64,000 bases of DNA from the human T2T-CHM13v2.0 reference genome, Homo sapiens (GCF_009914755.1 NC_060926.1), one strand, 5' to 3'. Numbered from the stretch's first letter, positions 31,974 through 46,564 are shown. The notes: generated from the sequence alone by a model not told the origin. Numbers and translations are program-made.

Positions 31974-33299
31974 CTTCTTTTTCTTTTTACCAAATTATGC
32001 GTAAGTATTTCCCTGATTGGTTTGGGGTGTTTCGATTTAGTTTAAAATAGAAATATATGTTTTAAATTAGTGCAGACCTCTAGCTTTTAATCCAGTGACA
32101 GCAGTAAATAAAATGAGATTTGAGAATATGCTGTCATTGATCTGCCCTAGCTTCTTTTGTTCATGAAGGATTAATAGAGAAGAGGTGATTTTTCAGTCTT
32201 CTGTATAACAACTTCTTTGGTTCAATATTACAGGAGCCTTGGGTCACTGTGGTGACCATGTTCCCTTTGACCTTTTACTTTTTGGGTTTTTTTTTTTTTA
32301 GATTTTCTTTGCAATTTATGAACCTCAAGTGTCTTAATAAGTAAGTGCCTCTGTAGGTAGCCTATTGTGCAGAGTTGCAATAAAGGAAAACACTACTAGA
32401 AATGCAACACAGCACTAATCCCATTAACAAATGCAGCCAGTGTCAGAGATACCATAAGAGGCAATTTGACTGAGATGGGAGGACATCCCACATCGTTTAT
32501 GGGCTGTTGAACAAGAGACTTTCTTAGCCTCATCAGCAGGTTAGCTGCATATGAATCCTCATTTTTATTTAGGGACAGAGCCCCTTGCTTATAATGCTAT
32601 TGGTCAAAAATGAGCAGTTTTTACTGTTGCCTGCAACGTTGCTAGCACCTTATTTGGGGCTCTTTTTATAAGGACCAGCGATGAAAGTTGTAGATGGTAA
32701 CTGTGAAGAAATCTCCCCTCCCTATACCCACCTTTTCAGGCTCTGAGATTTGAATAAAATAACTTTTATAGAAAATATTTTCTATATTAAATTCTATAAC
32801 TCTAATCCAAATTTGTAGATCCTCAATCTTAAATAAATAAGCGTAGTTTTCTTCAACTTTTTATCTAGGATATTTTGTCTCAAGATCCTATCAATGTTAC
32901 ATAAGATAAATCCTCATATTCTCACCCTGACCCACTAACTTAACAAGCAGCTGATATACTGCCCCCATCTTGGCCATTCTCACGGATTCTATAATACTTC
33001 TACAGCCACATCTGCTGTTTCCAGCTCTCCACTAAATCATCAATGGGCCTAATTTTGCCAGACCCTAGGCCCTTAGCACTGTGATCCAAATAAGTTAATA
33101 AGAAATCTCTAATTATTGGACTAGTAGCAAAACTTCATGCAATGGGCTTGGGCTGATAATGCAACACAAACAGTAACATCCCCTTGTTAGAAACATCCCA
33201 GGTTGCCGTGCCTGCTGCTGATTCCTGAATGCAAATTGCAGGTATGTTTGGGCTCTAGAAAATTAGAACCAGAACCCCATTAGACAAAATCAGGTATCA

Positions 33300-33435
33300 A
33301 CTCCTGATTTCACAGTTGAGAAAACCACATCCAAGAGTGTTCAATTTTCTGACCAAGGTCACACAGAGACTTTGTGTCAACATAAGGCCAAGAATTTAAG
33401 TCTTCTGACTTCCGGCCTAATGTTCTTTCCACTTC
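33300..33435 (-). mobile_element. MIR fragment
   Basis: tttcacagttgagaaaac...ccaaggtcacacag...gtcttctgacttcc. Confidence 0.7.
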
Positions 33436-33654
33436 ATTTTACTGCCACTAAGTCCAAGTCATTAACATTAACATAAAAATAATTTGAGCACATACTCCAT
33501 TGAAAACAGACTACATTAAAATATCAAAGATGTGAACTGAAACATCAGTCTCCCAAATGGAGTGAGCACAACCTTGGATCGTTCTCACGTTTTAGAGAGA
33601 TGCCTGTCAGTCACTTAAGACCCTTAAGATTCCCGAACCCATGTTAATAAATTT

Positions 33655-34165
33655 CTAGAATACTTTGGATGCTTTAGACTACAAACATACTAGTAATTAC
33701 TGCTAAAAATAATGTAAAAAATGGAAGCTTTATTAGTTCACAAAACAATAGGCCAGAGGTGGTGAAAGTCCAGAGTTAGTTAATTCATCAGTTTAACAAT
33801 GTCAGGGTTCTGGTTCTCTGTGATTGTATCAGCTTTCCTTTCCTGATGCCACTATATTCCCAGGCATTAGACACAACCATGGGCAGGGGAAAAAGTGGCT
33901 AATGCCTGCCTGTGGCCCTTTTCTCAGAGTTGAGAAAAATTTTTCCAGTCACCTTCCCCAGTATATTACAGCTCATTAGTCAGAACTGCATCACATGTCC
34001 TTGCCTAAACCGATCGTGGTCTAGAAAATGGAATTACCACAATTTTTTTAGAGTAATCAACATTCTTGTGAATCAGAAAGCCTTCAAGTATCTTGACAAA
34101 ATCAGAATTCTGTTGGCAAAAAAGAATTAGGATGTATGTAAGGGAGGATGGTGATTGATTCATAT
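33655..34165 (-). mobile_element. Old MaLR LTR (MLT1K-like)
   Basis: tcattagtcagaactgcatcacatgtccttgcctaaaccgatc, acaaaatcagaattctgttggcaaaaaag; strongly diverged. Confidence 0.65.
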
Positions 34166-34437
34166 AATTGTGCTATATTTCTTAATTACCAGGCATATGG
34201 TTCTTTTTAAAGATAGTTATGATGTAAGATATCAGGATCCTGGATTCATCAGCATCTAACAAGTTACTACTTCTGGTGGCCAAATCTGGAAGCGTCTGTT
34301 GCATGCAATAACATGGCACCTGGGAATATGCACTTCTGTGCCCATTATGACTGATATGCGATACTTGGAAGAATCATTATTCTACTCACAGAAGGAGGAA
34401 ACCCAGCAAATGTTAGAGAACAAGACTTTTAACGTAA

Positions 34438-34834
<397 letters not shown>

Positions 34835-35274
34835 TAACAATCAGGCTTTATAGTGCTTCAAAATTTAGACCAGGCCTAAGCAACAGGGTAGTAGGGTAAG
34901 GTTGCAAGTGGGCAAGCAGAGGTAACAACAGGCACCTTGTCTTCCAAACACACGGAGTAGACTAACTTGGCTCTAGCCGACAGCTCCTGACAGAGGTGTT
35001 GCCAGAACCCGAGCTGAAGTAGAGGCAAGCCTGGAGTGAGGATCTAGATAAGTTATGAGCAACTAAAAGATGCTACCCTTTTCCAGCTTTCTTTCATAAA
35101 AATCTTACTTTTTACGTTATTTCTTCTAAAGCTTTCTCATTATGCTGCTAGAAACCCTTCTAAAGATATATTACCTTAATAAACTAGTGAAACAATGCCA
35201 GTTTTGAAAATGTGATCAGGCTGAGAACCCCCTTCTCCTTCTCCCCACTTATGCTTCAAAGAAGTGGAGAAAAG

Positions 35275-35336
35275 GACTGCTCTACCTATGGAGTAGCCAT
35301 TCTTTATTCTTTCCTTTCCTAATAAACTTGCACACA

Positions 35337-35384
<48 letters not shown>
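35275..35384 (+). mobile_element. Tiny MER41/MER4-group LTR poly(A)-region fragment plus (CA)n tail, flanked by 16-bp direct repeats
   Basis: gactgctctacctatggagtagccattctttattc...cctaataaacttgc then (CA)n; AAGAAGTGGAGAAAAG at 35259-35274 and AAGAAGTGTAGAAAAG at 35385-35400. Confidence 0.75.
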
Positions 35385-35386
<2 letters not shown>

Positions 35387-35869
35387 GAAGTGTAGAAAAG
35401 ATCTGAAAGGTCAGGTTGTGTTTAGATTCTGAAGGGTTTCCTAGTGCTAGGCCAAATTATTTGTAGTCTATATAATGCACTAAGAGACGCAGAGAGGAGG
35501 TATGTACAGAGTAGGGAAAGAATGAAACCAGGGTTTCAGAGACATTAATGTGGTTGGGCTGTGTGGGAGAGAAGAGCAGAAGAGAAGAGACTAGGGCAGA
35601 ATAAAATAAAGAAGTGATAAAATCCCAAACCAGGGAAATAACTGAGGCAGAAAGATCCACTGGAAAAAAAAAAAAACTATAATAGGAATTAATGAAGGAC
35701 TATCTATGGTAATCTAGGTGAAAGTCATGGTAGAAGTTGACTCTAGTGGCCAAGGCTGGGTGACAGAGACAATGACAGAAATGAAGATTATTTTTTTAAA
35801 GGAGCATCAGTGGTTTTGTTTTCCTGACCACAATATTTTCTTGAAGAAAAAGATGGCATTCTTCTCTTC

Positions 35870-35952
35870 CTCACATCTCATATTTGTAACCCCAGAATAT
35901 CTCATACAATGCCTGGAACACAATATATGCTCATTAATATTATTGAAGAAAT
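35870..35952 (+). mobile_element. L2 3'-end fragment
   Basis: caatgcctggaacacaatatatgctcattaatattattgaa. Confidence 0.6.
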
Positions 35953-36214
35953 AGGAGCTTGATTTGTCATTTAGTTGCTGTCAATATGTCTCTGATACTG
36001 TGATACTGCAGTGGTAAATTAACAATGAAAACTAATTTTGTCAAGCATTTTTCAGGATATGCTTTTCAAATAGCTGCCTTCATCTATAGCATAGAGCATT
36101 TCTCTACTGCCTCACATCTTAAAATGTTACTCTAGCACCATCTCTAGTGCGACAAAATTACACACAGGATACAAGCTCAGGTGAAATCGTTCTGTCAATT
36201 TCAGTAAGCTTATA

Positions 36215-37055
36215 CTTATTTTCTAGACTCCTCTGTGTTCTAGCCCCTACCAAACAGTCCAGCTTCATCTCTTGCTACTTCACCTTATCGCTAACCCTAA
36301 ATTCTTCTATCTAGCCACAGTGACTCTTCTGATTTCTCAATGCCATGCTGTTTTCTTTGGGTCCTTAGTTATAGGTAGCCACCTTTGCCTGGAAATGTTT
36401 ACTCCACTTTTACCTTTATGTGGCACAGTCCTGCTCTTTTTAAGCTTTTAGCTCAGTTACTTCCTTCCAGAACTTCTTGTACTCCTACATATGGGGTAAG
36501 GGCCTCCCTTGCTCCCATGATACTCTAGCCTTTCTTCACATAGCATGTACCATACTATTTAATTGCCTGTTTGTCTACATTCCTCCTGTATGAACCATAT
36601 TCTTGTAAGCCCCAAGCATATATCCTGGTTGTATTAGTCCATTTTCATACTGCTATAAAGAACTGCACAAGACTGTAATTTACAAAAGAGGTTTAATTGA
36701 CTCTCAGTTCAGCATGGCTGGGAAGGCCTCAGGAAACTTACTTACAATCATGGCAGAAGGTGAAGGGGAAGCAAGACACCTTCTTCACAGTGCAGTAGGA
36801 AGGAGAAGGGCTGTGCAAAGGGGGCAGGGCGCCTTATAAAACCATCAGATCTCTTGAGAACTCACTCATTATCAGGAGAACAGCATGGGGGAAACTGCAC
36901 CCATGATTCAATTACCTCCACCTGGTCTCTCCCTTGACACATGAAGATTATGTGGATGACAATTCAAGATGAGATTTGGGTGGGGAGGCAAAGCCTAACC
37001 ATATCACTTGTACTTAGCAGTTGCTCAATAAACATTGTGAAATAAGTATTGTGAA
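36215..37055 (+). mobile_element. L2 3' fragment interrupted by THE1C
   Basis: cctttgcctggaaatg, and cagttgctcaataaacattgtgaaat immediately after the LTR. Confidence 0.6.
36630..37006 (-). mobile_element. THE1C-like MaLR solo LTR
   Basis: tgtattagtccattttcatactgctataaag...gagatttgggtgggga..caaagcctaaccatatca; 5-bp TSD CTGGT/CTTGT. Confidence 0.92.
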
Positions 37056-38334
37056 GTAAACACTACGAAATTAATTAATGAAGAAAATAAATGTAAAGTA
37101 TGTTGGTTGGCAAAGTTAGAAGTATTTGTTAAAAAGTCCATTAATGATCTTGTAGAATCACGTAAACATGTTGATATATTAGTATAAATATATTGCCTAC
37201 AGATTGGCATACAGTACAGTGAAAGTACTACAGTAAGCTGTACTTTGTCTATTTTATGCTCCCTTTTTCTTCCCAGGAAAAAAGAGAAGAATAAGATAAT
37301 GGCTATCAGAGAAAGAATAATTGGAACACCTTAGTCTTAAATAGGTTTGTTTGACAAGAGTATGATTAAAATAATTTCACATATAGAGTTTAATAAAGCA
37401 ATGACAAAAGAAGGAAAAATATCTTCATATAGCCAAAGAGAACAAGGAATTTGCAAAATTCATGAATAGACATGAATAGATGAGAATAAATGATGATTGG
37501 ATATTTAACTATTTTGGCCACTGAAGATATTAGTAGGCATTTGCATAGAAGGCAAAGCAAACATTCTTTGCTGATGTTAATATTCAGGTTTACAAATCAC
37601 TGTGGTAAGCACAGTTCTGCCCAGGAACACAAAGTGTGCGTTCAACCTACACAGTTGAAGGCAGTGGCTCTGGTTCTGCCCTATTTACTAGGCCACAATT
37701 GCTCTATTCCCCAAATTGTTCTAATTTACTTAAAGTTACTATATAGTCAAAAGGGAATTTCTTGAATTGTAACATTTAATTATTTTAGACCCGAGATTTT
37801 TATTTTAGTGTACAGAAATACTAGTTTAGATTCCAATAAGTCTGGGACATAATTTCCTTTGTTTACTAGACTATAATTTGTGCTTATTAGACTGGTATAT
37901 TATTGAAATCAAATAAACACTGTAAATGAACTCTGTATTTTGTAAATAATAAAATATTGATAAGAAAATTCAAAACAGTTTCAAAGTCATTAATAGGTAT
38001 ATTGCCCAAATAACTCCACTTGTCCTTAAGGTTAAACCTGTGTTTTGTTGAGAAAGCCTGCTATACCCCCAATCTGAATTAGCTGCTTTGTTTTGTGCTT
38101 CTACAATACTTTGTACATACATTATTGTTTTAGTCTTCCTTATTAATAGATAACTTTTAAGTTTCAAAAGTTACACCTGCATTTCTGAAACAAATGAAAA
38201 CATAGTTGTATGAAAAGAGATAATTTTGTGGATTTTCCTCCACATGTTTCTCTGTCTTGGACATATTTCTATCCATGCTGTTAGCACACTGACTTAAAAT
38301 TGTTTGTTTTAGATCCCCCTCTTCCATTGAATCT

Positions 38335-38485
38335 CACCTCACCCCTGGCTGCAAGTTAGAATCACCAAGGACATTTTTCAAGACACTCAAATATACCAAC
38401 ATTTCCTCCCTAAATTCTGATTTCAATGGTCTGAATGAGGTGAAAACCAGGTGTTACATTTTTAAAACCACCCCAGGTGTTCTTG
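38335..38485. mobile_element. MER5-type hAT DNA transposon remnant
   Basis: ctggctgcaagttagaatcacc...aattctgatttcaatggtctg...ccccaggtgttct. Confidence 0.6.
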
Positions 38486-41359
38486 CTACTTGGTTTATCT
38501 CTGTATTCCCCATGTTTTATTCTTCCTCTTCTTGAAGTCTCATAAGAAAATGGTACCTATAGTTGTTAAATAAATTGATTGTTTTTAAAGAGATAAAATT
38601 GCCTTAATTGGACTAGAGAATACCAAATCTATTTCTAATTTGCATACAGAAATGCCTCACCTTAGGCAAAAAAAAAAAAAAGGCATCAGAAAAATTGAAA
38701 GCAAAATGTATTGCCAAAAAATAAATTACATTTTCTTATAGAATTTATATAAAGTTGGGGTATATTTTAGATGGAAACATTTGGCTCTAACAAGTTAAAT
38801 TATAAGTTTTGAATATTTCAAGTATAATTAAATTATGGTTCAAAATTAACCTGCACACTCATCTACCACCAGAAAAATACTAGCCATTATTTATAAAAAT
38901 CAAAATTACTCAGTGATAGTTACTTCTCCAGGGAAGAAGGTGAGTCGGTAATAAGCTATGCCCCCATAACCTTACAATCACGCTGGGAAGCAGCAGCCAG
39001 TAGCCAAACTGCATCCTGGTGGCACTGACTGATCCTTCTGGGAACCAAGCCCATGACCCTAGTTTTGTTTCAAACTCAAACACAGAGGATCCCTGCAAAT
39101 CCGGTTACTCACTGATGTGAGAATTCATTTTTTCAAATAAACTGAAAGCTATGGAGTCTTTTTTGGGCACTCTAGTCCATTACTTTTAGCTCTTTCATCT
39201 AAAGGAATTTATTCTGCACTTTGTTGCTTATTCTCTACTGCTGTTTCTTGATTATTTGCTGAAAGGTACCTATCCTGTTGAGGGTGGCTGTTGATATTGC
39301 GTATTTAGTATTTGTCCTACGGTTTTTATCCTAATATAAAAAGCCTGTTCTTTCTTCTGTGCTCTCCCCGTCTCTCTACCTCCGCTGAGCTTCAGATTGC
39401 TTTTAAAGGGTGACCTGGCACACTTCTGTGTGCATGCACTGGTATTACAAAACACACCTTCCCATTTACTTGTGAGATTAAATATATATATTTATTTATT
39501 TATTTATTTATTTAAAGGGATTATGCTTATATTTAAGAAAAGAATTTATGTCTATATAAAGGAATATCCATATCAAGTATTAGGTCATATTTATCTCAAG
39601 ATGGGAAATAGGACATATTTTAACTACATGGGTGAGTAGAGAAATAAGTAGTTTAAACTGCTGTTGTTTGACTTCCCAAGCTGGCCACCCCTAAGTGTAT
39701 TAAATCAAGGATTTTTCTCAGCCTAGAAAGTTAAATAGCAGGTGTAGTACTTAATGAACTGCAGCGAGTTGGACTTATTGGTGTGGCAAATAGATTGCGA
39801 TATTTCTTTCCAATTAAAGTTCTTTTGCAAAGATCAATGAAGCACATTTTCACAAATTGAATTACACTAAACTAATAAACAAAATTCTCCCATTCCCACT
39901 GATGGCAAATTATTGTTTCCTTAACATTTAAAATCCCATCACACCATTAATTATAAAATGCAAGGGCTAGGAAAGATCAAATATTTATTTGCTCATGTGT
40001 TTCTATTTTACTTCCAATTTTATAAGAAAGGTAAGAAACATTATATGTAAAGAAAGCTGCATAAGAATAATTTTCCAAACTTGAATTTTTTTGGTCTTTG
40101 ATCCATAAGCACTTTTTATTTACTAAATAACATGCATGTCCTAATGATTAAAAGGTCTGATCTTTAGTAAATTAGAAAAGAATCTGCTATAGAGTAACCT
40201 TTAATTAATGAATGCATGGAACACATTTACATCAGAAACAGTGGGCTTGATAGAAAAATGAAAATAGCTTAGGACTTTGCCTCTAGAATCAGTGAGCTGC
40301 TTCAGAAAAATTAAAATATTAGTTTAGCAACCTTAAATGTCATTACTTTACTCAAATAATGCATAAATGTTATGATATTCATTTTCTAGGACCTCCTCAC
40401 CCTTCACCTCCCCTTGATATTTCTTTTCAAGTATACTTTGGAAGAAAGTTTATACTTTTATGTAGTTTTCATTTTAAAGTTTTTAGTATTTCAATATTGA
40501 TGCAGGATAACGAAAATGGAGTAACCTCAGAAGCAAAGAATAAAGCTTTAATAGGAACTTCTGTTTTCAAACCACAAAAGGCAATATTTGGTGAAGATGC
40601 ACATGCAAGATTTCCTCTCTAAGAATATCCTAGGACTTAAGAAGACTTTCCCACACCGTGGTCTACTACTTCAAAATTTTCCCAGTTGCTCATGAGAGGA
40701 TCTGTATTTTGTGAACATTCCTAGCATGATGAAGAGCCTATCAAATAGTATTCCCAAGCCTAGTGGCATTTTGGTGACTTGCCAACCCACGTCTGTGTAG
40801 CATCTCCAAAGAGATCCAGCATAAAGGGAAAAAAAATAGAAAGAAAAATGTAAAGAAAAGTTTCTGATATTCCATCCCACCCCCTCCTTTCTCCTCCTCT
40901 ACTAACTCCATGTTTCTCTTTAGTGGCTCATCTATGCAGACGACTTTTGGATTTTTATGGGTCATTTGATTTAATTTAAACAGAAAATATGCTGTGGGTG
41001 TTTGTCAAATTTATTTTGCAAATAAACAAACATACACACAGGCATGCTCAAAGGCATGTCATTTGTGACATACAGTTGCACACAGAATGTCAAATGCATG
41101 TCATAAATGACCATCTGCTACCATTTTATGCAGGAAATGACATTTTAATACCAAAAATAGTAGAAAACCCATAATATCAGAAAAAATATTTCTTTAAATG
41201 AAATAAGTTTAGCTTCCCAAACTTACTTATTTTTCTCATTTCTTCATACAATGGTGATGTTTGTCATAAATCAACATAAGCCCACAATCCAGCTTTTGAG
41301 AACTACAATACCAAATGCCGTGGCTCAACCCTTTGTACTAACTAGAAAGGATCTGAATT

Positions 41360-41516
41360 ATTTCTCAAAGCATAATATGCCTACTACTTACCAGGGATCT
41401 TGTTAAATGGACGTGCTGGTTTGGTAGGTCTAGGAGTTGCCTGAGACTCCTTATTTAACAAGCTACCAGATGGCACTGAGGATGCTCATCTGTGGACCAA
41501 ACTTTTAGTATCAAGG
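41360..41516. mobile_element. MER5-type hAT DNA transposon remnant
   Basis: gggatcttgttaaa..ggtaggtctagga..gcctgaga..taacaagct..gatgct..tgtggaccaaactt. Confidence 0.6.
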
Positions 41517-42153
41517 AACAAAACTGTTTTCTTCCCAGTGTTAATAGCTAGCCTGTCAGCCAAGGCATTATTCTTTTTAGAACTTTTAAGTATGTGTGTT
41601 GGGGGTTAGTGGGTTGGTTATTATAATGAGAAGCCTTAAAAACCCAAATAATTTAATCTGTAAAAATGATGTAATGGGGCATCATTTGGAGGGATAATAT
41701 CTTCTTAATCTAGTAACCTAAACCAGACCAAACTTAATTTGTTTACAAATTATCTTGGGTCAAATCATGCCACATTAAGTATCATTATTCTTATTCTAGT
41801 TGGCAATATCCTCACCAACATTTGTTTCTGATTAAAGCTTCTTTAAATTATTTCCAGACTATTCCTTATTATTGATTAGCTTTTTTTTTTACATGTATTC
41901 CAGTTACAGATGAAGCATAGTATTCGTATGACATCCAATACTTTTTCACTGGTTAGCATACTGAGATAAAAAGCAGAAAAGGAAATAGAGATATTGATTT
42001 TAAAGGAAAAGTAACTTCCATTTTTGTAGTATTTTATGATTTCCAAAGGGTTAACCACAATTAAACTGCCCTCCATGAGCATAGGAATCATGCCTGTTTC
42101 TCCAAAACTAGCCCTAGCACACAAGACCAGTGCCTGGCCAATAATATAATAGG

Positions 42154-42269
42154 TATAGTGGATTGAATAGCCCCTTCCATCCTATAATGTGTCAATGTCA
42201 TTTTATCTGTATATAGTGGATTGAATAGCCCCTCCCATCCTATAATGTGTCAGTGTCATTTTATCTGTA
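42154..42269. repeat. 58-bp tandem duplication
   Basis: 42154-42211 versus 42212-42269, two mismatches. Confidence 0.95.
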
Positions 42270-42644
42270 AAAAGCATCTTTTTAGATGTAGTTAAGGATC
42301 TTGAGATGGGATCATCCTGGATTACCCAGGTGGGCTCTAAGTCTAATAAAAAGTAACCTTATATGAGACAGAAAAGGAGACAAAACAGAACAGAAGAGGA
42401 GGCAATGTGGAAGTTGAAGCAGATACTGGAGTGATGCAGCCAAAGCCAAGGAAGGCTGCAGCCACTAGAGGATGGACGAGGCTAGGAATAGAATCTCCCC
42501 TAGAGCCTCTGAAGGGAGCATGGCCCTGCTGACACCTTGATTTTGGACTTCTAACCTTCAGAACTGGGAGAGAAGCAATTTGTGTTGTTTTAAGCCATCA
42601 AGTTTGTGAAAATGTATCATGGCAGCCACAGGTAACTAATAACA
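42154..42644 (+). mobile_element. MLT1C-like MaLR solo LTR with duplicated 5' end
   Basis: ttaaggatcttgagatgggatcatcctggatta, ccctagagcctctgaagggagcatggccctgctgacaccttgattttggactt, ends aactaataaca. Confidence 0.88.
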
Positions 42645-42815
42645 GTAAAAAAGCCAATATTCATGGAATGACTGAACAGCTGAAGTAGGACAGATATGAG
42701 AAATCATAATAAGAGAGAAATTCAGAGTGGCAGAGTAAGTTGCCTAAGTTTGCTCAGCCCCAGCATGATAGAGGTATTTGTCAAATATCTTTTTTTAAAA
42801 AGTCACAGTACTTCC

Positions 42816-43173
<358 letters not shown>

Positions 43174-43459
43174 CTAGTTTTTAAACTCTTACAAGCCATC
43201 CACAGAAGACAAAATGTTAGATAAAATAAGATTGTGAATATCTTTCTCTAGAGTAAAATTAAGCATTTTTATAAATACCTTTCAGCATCCAGTTTTTAAG
43301 AAGTTTAAGAATTATAAAATGTTCACATTATAATCAAACTGGACCATGTTTGTGAGACATCAGTGCTCCTGATCGTTTAAACAATGAGTTAGTCCAATTG
43401 CATGATAAAAAGAGGAAGTAGTTAAGAATAAAGGTGAGGCAGGAAATTTTTGTCAGAAG

Positions 43460-43625
43460 ACAGACAAGGATTTGAATCATGGCTCTACCATCCAGGTGCA
43501 GTGAGACTTTGGCCAAGTTACTTAACCTCTCTGTGCCTCAGTTTCCCAGGAATAAAAATTATAATTCTTTTGGGACATGTAAAGATTAAATGAGACCACA
43601 TTTCAAGGCTCAGACTCTGGCATAT
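43460..43625 (+). mobile_element. MIR
   Basis: ttggccaagttacttaacctctctgtgcctcagtttcc core. Confidence 0.85.
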
Positions 43626-44296
43626 TGTGGCCATTACTATCTAGCAACAAGCACACAGTAGAATTTGATCAGCATTTGTTGAGTGTATTTATTCAAACCT
43701 GCAGTTGGACTATAATAAACTAAGATAATTTAACTGCCTTTTGGTTGCTCGAGTCATCTCAGGGCAATAGTATACTTTTTAAGTGCAATTCAAACTATTA
43801 ACTTAGCTACATGAAGTCATATAATGTGCAGATTCTAGATATCAAATTTTTTTTTTTTGCATCCTCTCTTGGGTCATGAGACTTTCAAAGGACTACCATT
43901 AAGAGATCCTGCATTTGAGAATAAGAAGAAAAACTTTGGTATAGATTCTTTTTTATTCAAATGCCCATTATTCTGAAATTGATTTACTCTTCCTGATGGA
44001 AAAGTATAAAATTTGTTGGCCTGCAGGGGAATTTGCAAAAGGCCTATCTGGTTAATAAGTCACTTATCTAATTGATACTAGAGTATCAGCAGGGTGGGTT
44101 ATGAAATCATGAAACAAATGATCTGACAGTCAATTAATTCTGTTTCATCTTTGTGTATGTTCCTAGAGGCTCTATGATAGGATCCAGTTTATAAATAAAA
44201 AATAAAGAGATGCTTTTTGTCTAGGTTAAACTTGATTTCATTCTGAACTTATATTGTACAGTTGTTCATGAGCATGAGTTAATTGACAATGTTTAG

Positions 44297-44610
<314 letters not shown>

Positions 44611-44974
44611 GTGTTTAGCAGTCTTTGAGAAAATTTTGGTTGAAGGACATTGTGTTGGATCCAAGTATACTTTGGACACCTGAGCTCCCGCAATTTCCTT
44701 GCATGAGCTACTGAAAGATAGAAATTACACACTTGGGCAGTGCAATTGGATTGAAATGGATTTAAATCTGGTATCTCAAATTCTATCTATCTTTAAATCT
44801 ATTATTTTATAAAATTATATAGTTCAAAATGCACATGAGAAAAAAGTGTCTATTAATCTGACAATTTTCAATTTATCTTTTGATGATGTTATTAAAACTA
44901 TCCAAATCTACTTTTGGTTGACATATTCTCTTCTAACTTCTTCATGAAAGCTTCAATTCATGTACATGTGATAA

Positions 44975-45185
44975 TAATAATAAAAGTTAACATTCATTGA
45001 CTACTTATTAGGTTCTAGGCACGGGGGAAGGCACTTTATGTATCATTTATTTAGTGTATGTGGTTTTTTTAAAGCTTGGAGTGACTGTTCAGGAAACTAG
45101 CCTAAATTTTTCATTATATACATAAGAAAACTGAGGCACAGAGAAGCTAAGTTACTTGATTAGCCGAGGATACAAAGATGGTTAG
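44975..45185 (-). mobile_element. MIR
   Basis: aagaaaactgaggcacagagaagctaagttacttg core; taacattcattgactactta. Confidence 0.75.
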
Positions 45186-46032
45186 AATGTAACTTTGTAG
45201 CATCATATCTTTGTGACAAAAAGAACAATAGCCAATCTGTGACGCAAAAACAAAGGCGGTTTCTCATTCCATTCTGTGCAAGGCAGAGCTGCTCAGAGAA
45301 CAAAGCTGTCTTTGAAGCTGGGGATGGCTCCATCTCAAATCAGCTCTGTGGGGTGCAGAGTATGACAAGATGCAGCCAACACAGCAGAAAATCAAGTTCA
45401 AAACACTCAAGTTATTTACAATCCTTTGGTGCCAAACCTTAAAGAATTCTTATTATGTTTTATGTATGTTTCTAACTTGTCTTCATTAGCTTCCCTTTGA
45501 TATTTTTGGCAAATCAGTTTAACCTTCAAAAGTCTTCATTTATTCTACTTGATTAAATCAAACAAATGAATAGATAACATAGAATCAAATAGCAGTATTG
45601 TCTGTTCTGAGAAAGCAACAGCACAAAGAGGTAAAGAAAATGCAAATTGAAGCTAGATGATTGTATACATTACTTTATTGAATGTCTTAAATCTGCTCAG
45701 ATTTGGATGGTGGGGAAAGAAATACAAATGTTTCTAGAATCTACAGTTGAATATTTGAACTGCTGGGCATGGAAGGTTTAAAAACAAAAGCTAGTTAGAA
45801 AAAAAGATTGAAAAGGTAAGTTTCAGACTCTGGCATTTTTGTCTTTTTTAAGTTAGTTTCTGTTGAAGCCCTACCTTCAGGATTTTCTTCCCAAGTACTT
45901 TCCCTAGAGTATATAAATCAATGCAACAGTACCCTGTAATAGTATCTTAACCTGGAGAAATATCACAAGACTATAAAAAAATGCTTTTAGCAAAGGTGTC
46001 AACTTTGCCCCTATATCATCGATGAAATGTCA

Positions 46033-46477
<445 letters not shown>

Positions 46478-46564
46478 CTAGAACTTTTAGCTCCATAGGA
46501 ATAGAATTGAAGAAGTTGAAGATAAATTAGGAAATGGAAATGTTACAGGAAAATGAAAGGGCAC

